From positions 576,001-640,000 of the forward strand of contig OZ242374.1 of NCBI GenBank assembly GCA_965209055.1: DNA of 64,000 nucleotides. Direction: 5' to 3'. The DNA is from Acidobacteriota bacterium (GTDB lineage: Bacteria > Acidobacteriota > UBA6911 > RPQK01 > JAJDTT01). A program made the translations under genes and the position numbers. The first letter of the stretch is position 1, and each line of letters begins with the position of its first letter. The notes under the pieces are model-generated. The model saw only the letters and a list, made by a program, of their open reading frames with translations, was not told the origin of the DNA and did no database searches. Shown here one piece after another: positions 41,106 through 53,610 of the stretch.

Positions 41106-42036
41106 CGCTCTCCCGGAAGTCGAGCTCCCTGTCGTAGATCCGGAGCGAGGCCCCGGCCAGCAGACCCTCGATGTAGGAATCCACTGCGGCGCTCTCCTGC
41201 TGTGCAATCAAAGTTGAGAAGATCCCCTCTTGGACAAGGTAGAGGCGCTTGTGGTGCCGCCGTATCCATTCCTCCACCATGAAGAGGTGGTACCCATGCC
41301 GGGATCGAAACACGTCACTGATCTCACCCGGCTCGAGTGACAAGATGACTTTTTCGAACTCGCTCGGCAATTGACCCCGCTCGAAGGTCCCCAGGACTCC
41401 GCCGGTTTCCGCGGTCAGGCCCTCGGAGTGCAATCGGGCCACCTCCTGGAACTGCCGGACGTCTCCCGGCTCCAGCATTCCTCGAATCTCCCGGGCTCGG
41501 GCCCGGTCGGCGACCAGGATCTCCAGGACCCGTCCCGAGTCACCAACCCGAAACTGTTCGTGTTGGCTCCCGTAGAAGTCGCGAACGTCGGACGGAGTCA
41601 CTTCCACCTGGTCCTGCACCTTCAGCTTCAGCAACTTGTGAAAGGTGAGGAATCGGCGCAAGCGTTCGGAGAATTCAGCGTCTCCCGCTTCGATCTGGAG
41701 ATTCCCCATCTGCTCCTCCAGTTCCTCGTCGGCAACGTTGATGCCGTCAGCCTGAGCCTGGCGCAGAAGTATTTTTTCCACCACAAAGTCGCGAAACCGG
41801 CTTTTCCGAGGCGGGACCTGTCCCGAGTCCGGCTCCGCCGCCAAGTAGGCTTCGAATTCTCGAAGCGTGATCTGCTCCGCGTCCAATTCCGCCACCAGAG
41901 TCTCCCGTTCGGGCGATCGGGCGTCTCCGGCCGGAAGCCCGCAGGCGGCCCAACCCAGATGAAGCAGCAGCGCCGTCCCGATCCAGCACCTGCCCAGCGT
42001 CCCACCGGCGTGAATCGCTTTCAGACTCGCGAGCAT
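41080..42036 (-). CDS. PrsA/SurA-like parvulin peptidyl-prolyl isomerase
   Basis: FQEVARLHS, GGVLGTFERGQLP, GYHLF. Confidence 0.85.
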   Translation of the reverse strand: MLASLKAIHAGGTLGRCWIGTALLLHLGWAACGLPAGDARSPERETLVAELDAEQITLREFEAYLAAEPDSGQVPPRKSRFRDFVVEKILLRQAQADGINVADEELEEQMGNLQIEAGDAEFSERLRRFLTFHKLLKLKVQDQVEVTPSDVRDFYGSQHEQFRVGDSGRVLEILVADRARAREIRGMLEPGDVRQFQEVARLHSEGLTAETGGVLGTFERGQLPSEFEKVILSLEPGEISDVFRSRHGYHLFMVEEWIRRHHKRLYLVQEGIFSTLIAQQESAAVDSYIEGLLAGASLRIYDRELDFRESDDHVSATN

Positions 42037-42137
42037 CGCCGCCCATTCTATCAGCCCACACACGATATCGCCGGGCCGGGCCGCCTGACCGGGCAGAATC
42101 CGCCGGCTCAGAGCCCGGCAGGATCTCGCCCCTGTCG

Positions 42138-45100
42138 TCACTCCGGACTCTTGATTCCCCGGCTCCCGATCTTCTCGCCGATGCGCTCGAGCACGTCGCC
42201 GACGCAAGCGAAGAGGGTCGCGGGATCGGAAGACGGCACTCGAACATTGAGAACCCCGCCTTGCGCCAGAGTGAGATCGGTTCTCCCTTGGACCAGAGCG
42301 ACGATGTCGTGAGGAGACACCGGCGTGTCATCCCTGAACCTGAGGGAAATCCGCCCCCCGCTGAGTTCGATGGAACTGATTCTCAAACGACTCGCCCCAA
42401 GCCGCAATGCTCCGTACTCGAAAAGATTGGAGACGGAACGCGGGTACTTTCCGAACCGGTCCTCGACCTCCTCCTTCAGGTTTTCCAGAGATCTCCGGCT
42501 CGAGAGAATACTCAGCCGCTTGTAGAGCCAGAGGCGCTGACTCGGATCGGCGATGTAATGTTGCGGAATGTGGATGTCCAGGCCGAGGTCGATGCTGATT
42601 TGGATCTCCTCCGCCGTCTCCTCTCCCTTCAACTCCCGGATCGCCTCCTGCAGCAGCTTCAGGTAGAGCTCGAAGCCGACGGCATTGATGTGCCCATGTT
42701 GTTCCTGTCCCAGTAGATTGCCCGATCCGCGGATCTCCAGATCCATTGCGGCGATGCGAAATCCGGAACCCAGATCGCTGAATTCCCGAATTGCCGCAAG
42801 GCGTTTGGCGGCGTCGGTGCTCAGAGTCTCCTCCGAGGGAATCAGCAGATAGGCGTAGGCCCTGCGATTGGACCGGCCCACCCGGCCCCTGAGCTGGTAG
42901 AGCTGGGCGAGTCCGAACCGGTGGGCCCGGTTCACCAGGAGAGTATTGGCCCGCGGGATGTCCAGACCGTTTTCGATAATGGTGGTGGCGACCAGCACGT
43001 CGTAGCGATAGTCGAGGAAATCCAGCATGACCTTCTCCAACTGGTTCTCCCTCATCTGGCCGTGTCCAACCGCGACGCGAGCTTCGGGCACCGTGTCCTG
43101 GACCATGCGCGCGATGCTGTAGATGGTCTCCACCGAGTTGTGGACCAGGAAAACCTGTCCCTGGCGCTTCAGCTCCAGGTCGATGGCGGTGCGAATCAAC
43201 GACCGGCTGAACCTGACCACGGCCGTCTGAATGGCCAGGCGGTCCTTGGGGGGCGTCTCGATGATGGAGAGGTCGCGGACGCCGGTCAGCGACATGCTCA
43301 GGGTGCGGGGAATCGGCGTTGCCGACAGATTGAGCACGTCCACCCGGGTCTTCAGGCGCTTGAGCCGTTCCTTCTGAGCGACTCCGAACCGTTGCTCCTC
43401 GTCCACCACGATGAGTCCCAGGTCCCGGAACCGGACGTCCCGCGAGAGGAGCCGGTGGGTTCCGATGAGAACGTCGGTCTTTCCCGATTCCGTGTTCCGG
43501 AGGATCCCCCGTTGCTGGCTGCGGTTGCGAAGGCGGCTGATCATCTCGATGGAGACGGGGAACCCCCGGAAGCGCTCGCGAAAGGTATTGTAGTGCTGCA
43601 GCGCCAGGACCGTCGTGGGGGTCAGAACGGCCACCTGCTTGCTGTCGTTGACCGCCCGGAAGGCGGCTCTCATGGCCACTTCGGTCTTTCCGTATCCCAC
43701 GTCTCCGCAGACCAGGCGGTCCATGGGACGCGGCGCCATCATGTCCTTCTTGACGGCCTCGATGGCGTCGGCCTGATCGGGGGTTTCCTCATACGGGAAA
43801 GCCGCCTCGAACTCCCTGACCAGGGCGTCGTCCTCCGGAAAGACATGCCCCCGGGCCACCTCCCGCTGCGCGTACAACTTGAGCAGATCCTGGGCCATGC
43901 TCCGCATGGACTTCTTGATCCGCTTCTTGGTCTTGTCCCAGGAGGCGCCCCCCAGTCGATCCAACCGCGGCCGGGACTCTCCGGAACTGCTGTATTTTTG
44001 AATTTGGTCCAACCGATCCGCCGGGACGTAAAGCTTGTCGTCCCCCCGGAAGCCGACCACCAGGAACTCCCGGCTGTCGCCGCCGACACCCAGCGACCGG
44101 AGTCCCTGGAAGAGTCCGATTCCATGATCGACGTGAACCACGTAATCGCCCGACTTCAGATCCCGGAAATCGGACAGAAAGGCGGCGGCGGGGTCCGGTT
44201 TGGTCCGGGGGGGCGCCGGGGGCCGGAGGCTCTCGGCGAAGAGGTTCTCCTCGCCCAACAGGTGCAGACCCAGGCCGGGCGAGTGGAACCCTTGCGAAAG
44301 CCGTCCCTGGATGACGGCGGTCCCGTGATCCAGGGCGCTGTCGAACCCGGAAGCACGATGCAGGTGGATATCGTATTCGCGAAAGATATCCACCAATCGG
44401 TCGACCATTCCCGGCGTCTTCATCACGAAGACGACCCGTTCCCGCCTGGTCCATTCCTCGAGGTCGGAAAACAACGCGCGAAGCTGACCCGAATACTGCC
44501 GTTCGCTTCGGAAATCGAAACGTTCCACCGCTTCCCGGCCTTGAAAAAGCCGGCTCAGGTAAAAGGACGGGCATTTCTTCGTCCAGCTCTCCACCACCTC
44601 CGCGGACCAGTACAGCCGGTCCGGCGGCAGAGCGAGATCTCCGTCTTCCGTCCGTTCCCGATAGCTCTCCTCCCACCGTTCCCGAATCTTCGTGTGCTCA
44701 TCCCGGAGTTCATCCCAGTCGGAGAGGACCAGCGTCGGGGAGGATCGGCCCTCCGCCCGGACGAAATCCAGCAGATGATGCCGGGTCGGCACCACGAGGG
44801 GAAACAGCGCCTCGAAGCCGTTGAAGAGCTCGCCGTTGGCGGTGAACTGGAGCCGTTCCTCCAGGGCCTGCGCGAATCGAACTTCCGACCAGTGATCCGG
44901 AGCTTCACGGTGCCATCGGGAGATGTCGCGGGCCGTGACGGACAGCTCCCTCATGGGGACCACGCGGCAACCGGGCACCAGCGCCACCGACCGCTGTGAA
45001 TTCGGATCGAATTCGCGAATCGATTCGATCTCGTCTCCAAAAAATTCGATGCGCACGGGAGCCGAACTCGACGGCGGGAAGACGTCGACGATGCCGCCCC

Positions 45101-45746
45101 GCACCGAGTATTCCCCCACTGTGCCGACCGGTTCTTCCCGGACGTAGCCCACCTGGTCCAGGGTTCGCGTCAGGTGGTCCGGAGGGAAGAACCTTCCCGT
45201 TTCCAGGTCGAGACACTGGCTCATGAAGGTCTGGGGCGAAGGAAGCCGGGGCGTCAAGGCGGTCAGCGTCGTCAGGATCAATCCCTGGTTCCAGCGGAGT
45301 ATCTTCCAGAGAGCGGCGGCTCGAGCCGCAGCGATCTCGGGGTGGGGAGACAGCCCGCGATAGGGGTCCGCTTCGGACCCGGGAAGAACCAGGACCCGAT
45401 TCCGGCACTCCCCCGGCAGGAACAGCCGAAGATTTGCCGCCATCGTCTCCAGATCCCGATTGCTCCGGCCCAACCAGAGATAGGAGCCGGGATCTCTTCG
45501 ATAGATGGACGCCAGCACCAGGGCCGAATCGGCTCCACGGAGACCGTCGAGACGCCGGTTGCAGAGCGCTTTCCCGGCCAGGGTCTCGAACAGTTGTGAA
45601 GCCGCGGGAGGCCGTGGGCCCGACGCCGCCGGGGATGGTTGCAGGGACGAATCCGGACTCAAGAACGCTCCCGCCGTCTGGTGCCGGGCGTTCCCGCCAG
45701 CCGTTTGAGGGAGCTCCGGATCTGAGCGGCGATTCCTTCCACGCAT
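42138..45746 (-). CDS. mfd: Transcription-repair coupling factor (true start probably somewhat downstream of 45746)
   Basis: UvrB-like N-terminus, RID (GDYVVHVDHGIG), GDVGYGKT, DEEQRFG, QLRGRVGR, TRCF domain. Confidence 0.97.
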   Translation of the reverse strand: MRGRNRRSDPELPQTAGGNARHQTAGAFLSPDSSLQPSPAASGPRPPAASQLFETLAGKALCNRRLDGLRGADSALVLASIYRRDPGSYLWLGRSNRDLETMAANLRLFLPGECRNRVLVLPGSEADPYRGLSPHPEIAAARAAALWKILRWNQGLILTTLTALTPRLPSPQTFMSQCLDLETGRFFPPDHLTRTLDQVGYVREEPVGTVGEYSVRGGIVDVFPPSSSAPVRIEFFGDEIESIREFDPNSQRSVALVPGCRVVPMRELSVTARDISRWHREAPDHWSEVRFAQALEERLQFTANGELFNGFEALFPLVVPTRHHLLDFVRAEGRSSPTLVLSDWDELRDEHTKIRERWEESYRERTEDGDLALPPDRLYWSAEVVESWTKKCPSFYLSRLFQGREAVERFDFRSERQYSGQLRALFSDLEEWTRRERVVFVMKTPGMVDRLVDIFREYDIHLHRASGFDSALDHGTAVIQGRLSQGFHSPGLGLHLLGEENLFAESLRPPAPPRTKPDPAAAFLSDFRDLKSGDYVVHVDHGIGLFQGLRSLGVGGDSREFLVVGFRGDDKLYVPADRLDQIQKYSSSGESRPRLDRLGGASWDKTKKRIKKSMRSMAQDLLKLYAQREVARGHVFPEDDALVREFEAAFPYEETPDQADAIEAVKKDMMAPRPMDRLVCGDVGYGKTEVAMRAAFRAVNDSKQVAVLTPTTVLALQHYNTFRERFRGFPVSIEMISRLRNRSQQRGILRNTESGKTDVLIGTHRLLSRDVRFRDLGLIVVDEEQRFGVAQKERLKRLKTRVDVLNLSATPIPRTLSMSLTGVRDLSIIETPPKDRLAIQTAVVRFSRSLIRTAIDLELKRQGQVFLVHNSVETIYSIARMVQDTVPEARVAVGHGQMRENQLEKVMLDFLDYRYDVLVATTIIENGLDIPRANTLLVNRAHRFGLAQLYQLRGRVGRSNRRAYAYLLIPSEETLSTDAAKRLAAIREFSDLGSGFRIAAMDLEIRGSGNLLGQEQHGHINAVGFELYLKLLQEAIRELKGEETAEEIQISIDLGLDIHIPQHYIADPSQRLWLYKRLSILSSRRSLENLKEEVEDRFGKYPRSVSNLFEYGALRLGASRLRISSIELSGGRISLRFRDDTPVSPHDIVALVQGRTDLTLAQGGVLNVRVPSSDPATLFACVGDVLERIGEKIGSRGIKSPE

Positions 45747-47044
45747 TCTTCCAGATGCTCCCGATCCTCTCCTTCAACCATAATCCTGACCACCGGTTCG
45801 GTCCCGGAGCAGCGCACCAGGACCCGGCCCCTGCCCTGCAAGGACTCCTGAACGGATCCGATGCGGCCGCGGACCTTCCGGTCGTCCAGGAGATCCTGCC
45901 CCCGCCCTCCCACGATGACGCTTCGGAGGACCTGCGGGCAAAGTCGCAGCCCGGCGCTCAACCGGGCCAGCGAACGGCGTTCCTGAAGCAACACCTGAGC
46001 CATCTTCAGGGTGGTCAGGATACCGTCTCCCGCCAGGGAGTGCTCTCCGAGAATGATGTGACCCGAAGGCTCCCCACCCAGAGCGTCTCCTCCCTCCACC
46101 ATGGACTCCAGGACGTTTCTGTCTCCGACTTGCGTCCGGACCAGGCTCACACCCAGGCCCGCCAGGGCGGCCTCGAGCCCCAGGTTGGACATGACGGTGG
46201 CGACCACCCGGCGGGTGGGCAGGCGGTTTCGTTCCGACAGGTGCCGGGCCAGAACATAGAGTATGTGATCCCCGGTCAGGATCCGTCCGCGGTGATCGGC
46301 CAGAATGGCGCGGTCGGCGTCTCCGTCGAAGGCGGCGCCGAAGTCGGCCCCCGTTTCGACTACGGCTCGAGCCATCCGCCGGGGATGGACCGCCCCGCAG
46401 TCCCGATTGATGTTCCGGCCGTCGGCCGGCGCATCGATGAGGTGAACGCGAGCCCCAAGGCTGCTGAAGAGCCGGGGCGCCACCTGGGATGCGGCTCCGG
46501 AAGCGCAGTCCAGAATCAGCTTCAGGGGCTTCAGACTCCCCACCTCCAGGGTCGACCGCAGAAACCTGGAGTACATCCCGAGACAGCCGGGTTCGGTCCG
46601 GATCAACGCCGGCGGACTCGAACGGGGAGGAGGCGGCGCGGAGGAATTTGAACCGTCATCCGCAATGAGCGTCTCAAGCGCCAGCTCGCGACGCCGCGAC
46701 AGCTTCCGCCCCCGCGCCGTGAAGAATTTCAGGCCGTTGTCGCTGTAGACGTTATGAGAGGCCGAGACGACGACGCCGGCGTCGAATTCCGAATCCCGGC
46801 AGAGGATGGAGACGGCGGGAGTCGGCAACACTCCGGCGAGGGTCACGCGGGCGCCGGCGGCCGCGAGACCGCGGCTCAAGGCCTCTTCCATCCAGGGGCC
46901 GCTCTCTCGAGTGTCCCTCCCCACCACCACTGACCTGCACCCCTGGAGGGCGAGGCACCGGCCGATTCGAAAGATGGTCGCGGGGTCCAGCGGAGGTTCG
47001 CCCGCCACGCCTCGAATTCCGTCGGTCCCGAAGAGAGTGGACAT
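45659..47044 (-). CDS. glmM: Phosphoglucosamine mutase
   Basis: FGTDGIRG, SASHN, DGDADR, GGEPSGH, SGTEP. Confidence 0.96.
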   Translation of the reverse strand: MSTLFGTDGIRGVAGEPPLDPATIFRIGRCLALQGCRSVVVGRDTRESGPWMEEALSRGLAAAGARVTLAGVLPTPAVSILCRDSEFDAGVVVSASHNVYSDNGLKFFTARGRKLSRRRELALETLIADDGSNSSAPPPPRSSPPALIRTEPGCLGMYSRFLRSTLEVGSLKPLKLILDCASGAASQVAPRLFSSLGARVHLIDAPADGRNINRDCGAVHPRRMARAVVETGADFGAAFDGDADRAILADHRGRILTGDHILYVLARHLSERNRLPTRRVVATVMSNLGLEAALAGLGVSLVRTQVGDRNVLESMVEGGDALGGEPSGHIILGEHSLAGDGILTTLKMAQVLLQERRSLARLSAGLRLCPQVLRSVIVGGRGQDLLDDRKVRGRIGSVQESLQGRGRVLVRCSGTEPVVRIMVEGEDREHLEECVEGIAAQIRSSLKRLAGTPGTRRRERS

Positions 47045-47052
47045 TCGGGCAG

Positions 47053-48000
47053 CTATCGCCTGACCCGGATCCGGACTTGCTCGGGACGGGTCGATTCCAC
47101 CCGGTAGACGTCCTCCAGATCTTCGCGTTCGGAGACAGCCACGATCTCGGGAAGAATCTCATGGGGCTGGCGCTTGGGCTCAAGATTGTCCGCCGCCACA
47201 CGGGCTCGAAAGTCCTTGCTGGAGATCTCTCCCTCGAAGGAGATGGGGACCGACACCACCAGATTCAACGAGCGGGTCATGAGACTGGTCCCGTCCCTCG
47301 GAGATTCCAGCTCCACGGCAACTCGCGACAGCGTCAGCTCGCGCCTTTTTTCCTCGATCAGGATCTGCAAAACGACGGGGGAACTGCCGTCGATCGTGAC
47401 CCGGGGATTTTGAGGATCCAGGTCAACGTCCGCATCGAAACCGGAGGAGCGGCCGGAAATGTCGACGGTTTCGGTCGGGACGGCGGAAACCGTGGCCAGC
47501 ACCGCCTCCAGGCCCGACACTCTCACCTCCGGGGGCGAACTCCGGACTTCGACCAGTGCATACCCTTCCTCCGGCTCACCCTCCAACCGAGGCCGAACCT
47601 CCACCATCTTGTGATGGATCTGCTCCAACTCCAACTGCAGCGGATTGGGGGCGATGCTCAAAACGTCCACGCCAAGCGGGCGGTTGCTGATGTTGTGTTC
47701 GGTCAGGGAAATCTGGACCTTGCCGGCCACCATGCTCTGGAGATCGATTTCGGCCGACATTCGGCCCGCCACTTCCTCGATGGCAATCGTCCGCCCGGAG
47801 CGAATGGTCACCTCCACCTCATGTTCGTAGTCGGTGGAGATCTCAAGGTCGGGCGCCAGGTTGACAAACTGGACCGGAACCGTCACCACTCGAATGACTT
47901 CGTCCTTGACCCCCAACAGATTCCAGAGCAGGAAGGAGAGGCCAAGAGAGATCAGCTTCAGGCCGAAATTGTTCAGGATCCACTGGCGCAGACGGATCAT
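47053..48000 (-). CDS. cdaR: CdaR/YbbR family protein
   Basis: NFGLKLISLGLSFLLW TM followed by YbbR-like repeats; lies between cdaA and glmM. Confidence 0.88.
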   Translation of the reverse strand: MIRLRQWILNNFGLKLISLGLSFLLWNLLGVKDEVIRVVTVPVQFVNLAPDLEISTDYEHEVEVTIRSGRTIAIEEVAGRMSAEIDLQSMVAGKVQISLTEHNISNRPLGVDVLSIAPNPLQLELEQIHHKMVEVRPRLEGEPEEGYALVEVRSSPPEVRVSGLEAVLATVSAVPTETVDISGRSSGFDADVDLDPQNPRVTIDGSSPVVLQILIEEKRRELTLSRVAVELESPRDGTSLMTRSLNLVVSVPISFEGEISSKDFRARVAADNLEPKRQPHEILPEIVAVSEREDLEDVYRVESTRPEQVRIRVRR

Positions 48001-48803
48001 GCCGGCTTGGGGCTCCTCTGGACCGCTTGGGTGGATGGACTCCGGCGAGTTCCCATCAATTCCCGGAGCAGCGCCAGCAGCTTCGGGTCCTCCAGATCCT
48101 GGATCAGGTTGCCCTGGAACGCCACCGACACGCTGCCCGTCTCCTCGGAAACAATGATGGAAATGGCGTCGGTTTCTTCCGAGATCCCGAGGCCGGCGCG
48201 GTGGCGGCTTCCCCAACGGCGACCCAGATCCGGACTCGTGGTCAGGGGAAGATAGCAACCCGCGGCGGCGATGCGGTCGGCCTGAACGATTACGGCCCCG
48301 TCGTGGAGTGGACAGCCGGGGCTGAAAATACTCAGCAATAAATCATTTCCGACCAGGGCGTCCAGCTTGATTCCCGTCTCGATGTAGTTGCGGAGCCCGA
48401 TTTCCCGCTCCAGGACGATCAAGGCCCCGGTCTTGTCCCGGGACAGGTGGCCGGTCGTCGCCACCAATCCATTCAAGTTGGCCCGTTGGGCAGAGGTGAA
48501 CAAGGGCAGGAAGAATCTGCCTCTTCCCAGAGCGGCCAGTCCCCGGCGGATCTCCCGCTGATAGATGATGATGGCGGCCAGGATGAAGTTGACGAAGAAA
48601 TTGGAGAACAGGGTCTCCACCATCTGCAGTTCCAGCGTCCGGGCCAGGTAGTAGACCAGCAAAAGTCCCATGACCCCCAGCGTGATTTGCAAGCCGCGGG
48701 TGCCCTTGAACAGCAGCAGGATGTGGTAGATGAGGACGGTCACCACCAGGATGTCGAGCAGATCCCGGACACCCAGATCGAAAAGACCGGAGAATGCGTC
48801 CAC
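47997..48803 (-). CDS. cdaA: Diadenylate cyclase
   Basis: Three TM helices, PLHDGA, RHRA, VSEETG. Confidence 0.96.
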   Translation of the reverse strand: MDAFSGLFDLGVRDLLDILVVTVLIYHILLLFKGTRGLQITLGVMGLLLVYYLARTLELQMVETLFSNFFVNFILAAIIIYQREIRRGLAALGRGRFFLPLFTSAQRANLNGLVATTGHLSRDKTGALIVLEREIGLRNYIETGIKLDALVGNDLLLSIFSPGCPLHDGAVIVQADRIAAAGCYLPLTTSPDLGRRWGSRHRAGLGISEETDAISIIVSEETGSVSVAFQGNLIQDLEDPKLLALLRELMGTRRSPSTQAVQRSPKPA

Positions 48804-48804
48804 C

Positions 48805-49698
48805 TCAGCAGACTCTCCTTTCGCCCAGAATCGAATCGGCTATTCGGAGCGCGTGGACCATTTCATCGAGATCGTGGACCCTCACGATGTGGGCTCCCCC
48901 GACCACCGCCATCACGACCGAAGCCGCCGTGGCAATCAGCCTCTCTTGCACCGGGATGTCGAGGATTTTGCCGAGAAAGCTCTTTCGGGACGTGCCCACC
49001 AGAATTGGCAACCGGAGCCGGCGCAACCGTGGCAACCGATTCAGGACCTTGAGGTTGTCTTCTACTGTCTTGCCAAACCCGATTCCGGGATCGACAACGA
49101 TTCTATCACGAGCGATTCCGTAGCTGCCGGCAAGGTCCACCGCCTGGGCCAGATTTTGCTCGATCTCCTTCAGAATGTCCCGGCTGGGAGGCAGGGTCTG
49201 CATGGAGCGTGGCGTACCCCGCATGTGCATGAGCACTATGGCGGCGCCGGCCTTGCCCGCAACCTCCGCCACACCCGGGTCCAACTGCAGCGCACCGACG
49301 TTGTTGACGATATGGGCGCCTGCGTCCAGGGCCGCCCGCGCCACCTGCGACTTGTAGGTGTCGACGGAAACGAGACAGGATGTGCGGCCCCGGATTCCCG
49401 CCAGCACCGGCAGAATGCGGTCCAACTCCTGGGCGGCAGAAACCGGGGACACGCCCGGGCGGGTGGACTCGCCGCCGATGTCCAGGATGTCCGCGCCCTT
49501 GGCCGCCAACTCCAGGCAACGGTCCACGGCCTGGTTGGCAGCGAGGAACTTGCCGCCGTCGGAGAAGGAGTCGGGGGTGACGTTGATCACCGCCATGGTC
49601 CGGGTGACCGGACCCAACTCCAGACTCCTGCCCCGGGCTCTCAGGGTGAAAGATTTCCGGACGTCTCCAATTGCGCGTTTTGGCCGATTCTCTCGCAT
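48805..49698 (-). CDS. folP: Dihydropteroate synthase (start approximate)
   Basis: NVTPDSFSDGG, GGESTRPG, DPGIGFGK, SRKSF, RVHD. Confidence 0.96.
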   Translation of the reverse strand: MRENRPKRAIGDVRKSFTLRARGRSLELGPVTRTMAVINVTPDSFSDGGKFLAANQAVDRCLELAAKGADILDIGGESTRPGVSPVSAAQELDRILPVLAGIRGRTSCLVSVDTYKSQVARAALDAGAHIVNNVGALQLDPGVAEVAGKAGAAIVLMHMRGTPRSMQTLPPSRDILKEIEQNLAQAVDLAGSYGIARDRIVVDPGIGFGKTVEDNLKVLNRLPRLRRLRLPILVGTSRKSFLGKILDIPVQERLIATAASVVMAVVGGAHIVRVHDLDEMVHALRIADSILGERRVC

Positions 49699-49794
49699 GC
49701 AAGAAAAATGGGACTGGCGGCACTGCCGGCGGCAGAAAAGAACCGGCGCTCCTCCGGCCTGCACCCTCCCGATACGGGGAGCGGCCGGAAGGCG

Positions 49795-51738
<1,944 letters not shown>

Positions 51739-51857
51739 GACCGGACCTCCTGAGACGCAGATACGTCGGACATTGTTCCATTATAGGGGAATGTCCCGAG
51801 TCTGAACACGCCCGCCGATTCTTTCAACATGGTCCGCACCGTTCCCGCGGCGCTCCT

Positions 51858-53285
51858 CTATACACGATGCCGACTCGCGCCGGGTTCCCTCGACCCGGCG
51901 TGAGGACCGTCAAGCACCTTAATCAGGACCGCCTCCCTTTCGCCCGGACAGGCGCGGACCCTGGGGTCCGCGGGAAGACCCTCCACCCAGAGCAGGCGGC
52001 CATCGTCCTCCGCCACCACCAGGGAATCCCGGGCGCTCCTGGGGATGCGGTGCCGCAGGAAGAGCCGCTTGAGCTTCTTCCCGCCCGGACCCGGGTACCG
52101 GTCCCCCGCCACGCGGTTCCGGACCGTCAGGCTGGACCCTGGAAAACGAAGCAGAGTTTGACCCGAATCTCCAGCGGGCGCCGTCATCCGGCGGCAGACC
52201 ACGTGCCGGCCGGTTTCCGGAATGGCCACCTCCCCGGGGACCGGAAGCCGGTGGCTGAACCGGACCGGCGGAACCCTCCTGGCGAGTCTCAGGTGGTCGA
52301 ATTCGAGGCCGGCCTCAATTTCTCCCGGCAGGTGGACCCGTCTCCCGCTTCGTCCGGAGACCAGATCCAGTACCCGGTCGACGTGCTCCAGGCCCAGGTC
52401 CCGGAGATCCCCCTTGCAGGTTCTCACTGCATGCCGGACCACCTCTTTCCTGAGGGCCGGCGCCAGATCGAGGAGCGCCGCGACCCTCAGCCTGACCTCG
52501 CCGGAACGGATCGACGGCGTCTCCCGGCACGACCGGAAGGCCTTGCGCCCCTCGTCGTCCAGGAACTCCGCCACCTCCTGCCAGAGCCGGGCGGTCCGTC
52601 CCAGGGTCGGAATCAGGGCCGGGTTCAGGCGGCTGCGCAAGTCGGGAATCAGGTGGTGGCGGACCCAGTTGCGATCGTAGCGGAGATTCCGGTTGCTGGA
52701 ATCGTCCCGGTAGGGCTGTCCCCGGCGTTCGAGAAACCCCAGTATTTCTTCCCGGTCCCTCTCCAGCAACGGGCGGACCATGCGGACCGGGCTCGCTTCC
52801 GGCCCGTGAGGAAGAATCTCGCGCGCCGGGAAGATCCCCGACATACCCGTGGGGCCGGCGCCGCGCGCCAGCTTCAACAGAAAGGTCTCGGCCTGATCCT
52901 GCAGGTTGTGCCCGGTGGCCACGACGGACCCGGCGGCTGACGCGATCTCGGAGAGGAACCGGTAGCGGACCCTTCGGGCCAGATCCTGAAGATTCGTACC
53001 CGGCCCCGGCTTCAGCGGGCGCGACCGGACGTGGAGCGGGACCTCCAATTGCCGGCAGAGCGTTCCGACGAAGCTTGCGTCCGCATCGGACTCGGCGCCT
53101 CGAAGGCCATGATTCACGTGGAGGGCCGACAGCGACAGCGGCCACTCGCGGCTCAGGTCCCTGAGGACCCGGAGCAGCGCCACCGAGTCGGGCCCGCCCG
53201 AAACCGCGCACAGCACCGAATCACCCGGCTTCAGCAACGAAAACCGTTTGACGGTGTCCCTGACTGCCGATACGAAGAGGTCCAT
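51858..53285 (-). CDS. tilS: tRNA(Ile)-lysidine synthetase
   Basis: SGGPDS PP-loop, HVNHGLR, HNLQDQAET, DSSN...RNWVR. Confidence 0.96.
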   Translation of the reverse strand: MDLFVSAVRDTVKRFSLLKPGDSVLCAVSGGPDSVALLRVLRDLSREWPLSLSALHVNHGLRGAESDADASFVGTLCRQLEVPLHVRSRPLKPGPGTNLQDLARRVRYRFLSEIASAAGSVVATGHNLQDQAETFLLKLARGAGPTGMSGIFPAREILPHGPEASPVRMVRPLLERDREEILGFLERRGQPYRDDSSNRNLRYDRNWVRHHLIPDLRSRLNPALIPTLGRTARLWQEVAEFLDDEGRKAFRSCRETPSIRSGEVRLRVAALLDLAPALRKEVVRHAVRTCKGDLRDLGLEHVDRVLDLVSGRSGRRVHLPGEIEAGLEFDHLRLARRVPPVRFSHRLPVPGEVAIPETGRHVVCRRMTAPAGDSGQTLLRFPGSSLTVRNRVAGDRYPGPGGKKLKRLFLRHRIPRSARDSLVVAEDDGRLLWVEGLPADPRVRACPGEREAVLIKVLDGPHAGSREPGASRHRV

Positions 53286-53366
53286 CGCTTTGCTCGAAGA
53301 CGGCTGCGGCCGGAACCAAGAGGAGCCGGCAGAGGAGGTTGCCTCCTATCCAATAGAACGACGCTC

Positions 53367-53396
53367 TTGACAGAAACGTGGATTCCAACCTATTAT
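53367..53396 (+). promoter_or_regulatory. Sigma70-type promoter for the riboswitch-thrC-like unit
   Basis: TTGACA-N18-TATTAT, 13 nt upstream of the aptamer. Confidence 0.7.
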
Positions 53397-53409
53397 CCCA
53401 TTTCTTGTC

Positions 53410-53520
53410 CTTATCCAGAGTGACGGAGGGATCGGGCCCTAGGATGTCACGGCAACCGGCCCTTGAATGGTACGGTGCCAAATCCCGCAGACGGGTTCGC
53501 CCGCTTGTCTGAAAGATAAG
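53410..53520 (+). ncRNA. SAM-I (S-box) riboswitch
   Basis: CTTATCCAGAG...GGAGGGA..GGCCC...GGCAACC...GGTGCCAAATCC...GAAAGATAAG; P1 CTTATC/GATAAG, P2 GTGAC/GTCAC, P4 CAGAC/GTCTG. Confidence 0.95.
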
Positions 53521-53534
53521 CCCGGTTGCGTGGG

Positions 53535-53564
53535 AGCCCTTTCTCAGCGGGAAAGGGCTTTTTT
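53535..53564 (+). terminator. Intrinsic terminator (riboswitch expression platform)
   Basis: AGCCCTTTC-loop-GAAAGGGCT followed by a T tract. Confidence 0.88.
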
Positions 53565-53610
53565 GTTGTTTGGCGATCCGTCCTGCCGGGACAAGGGAAA
53601 GGGAAGCAGG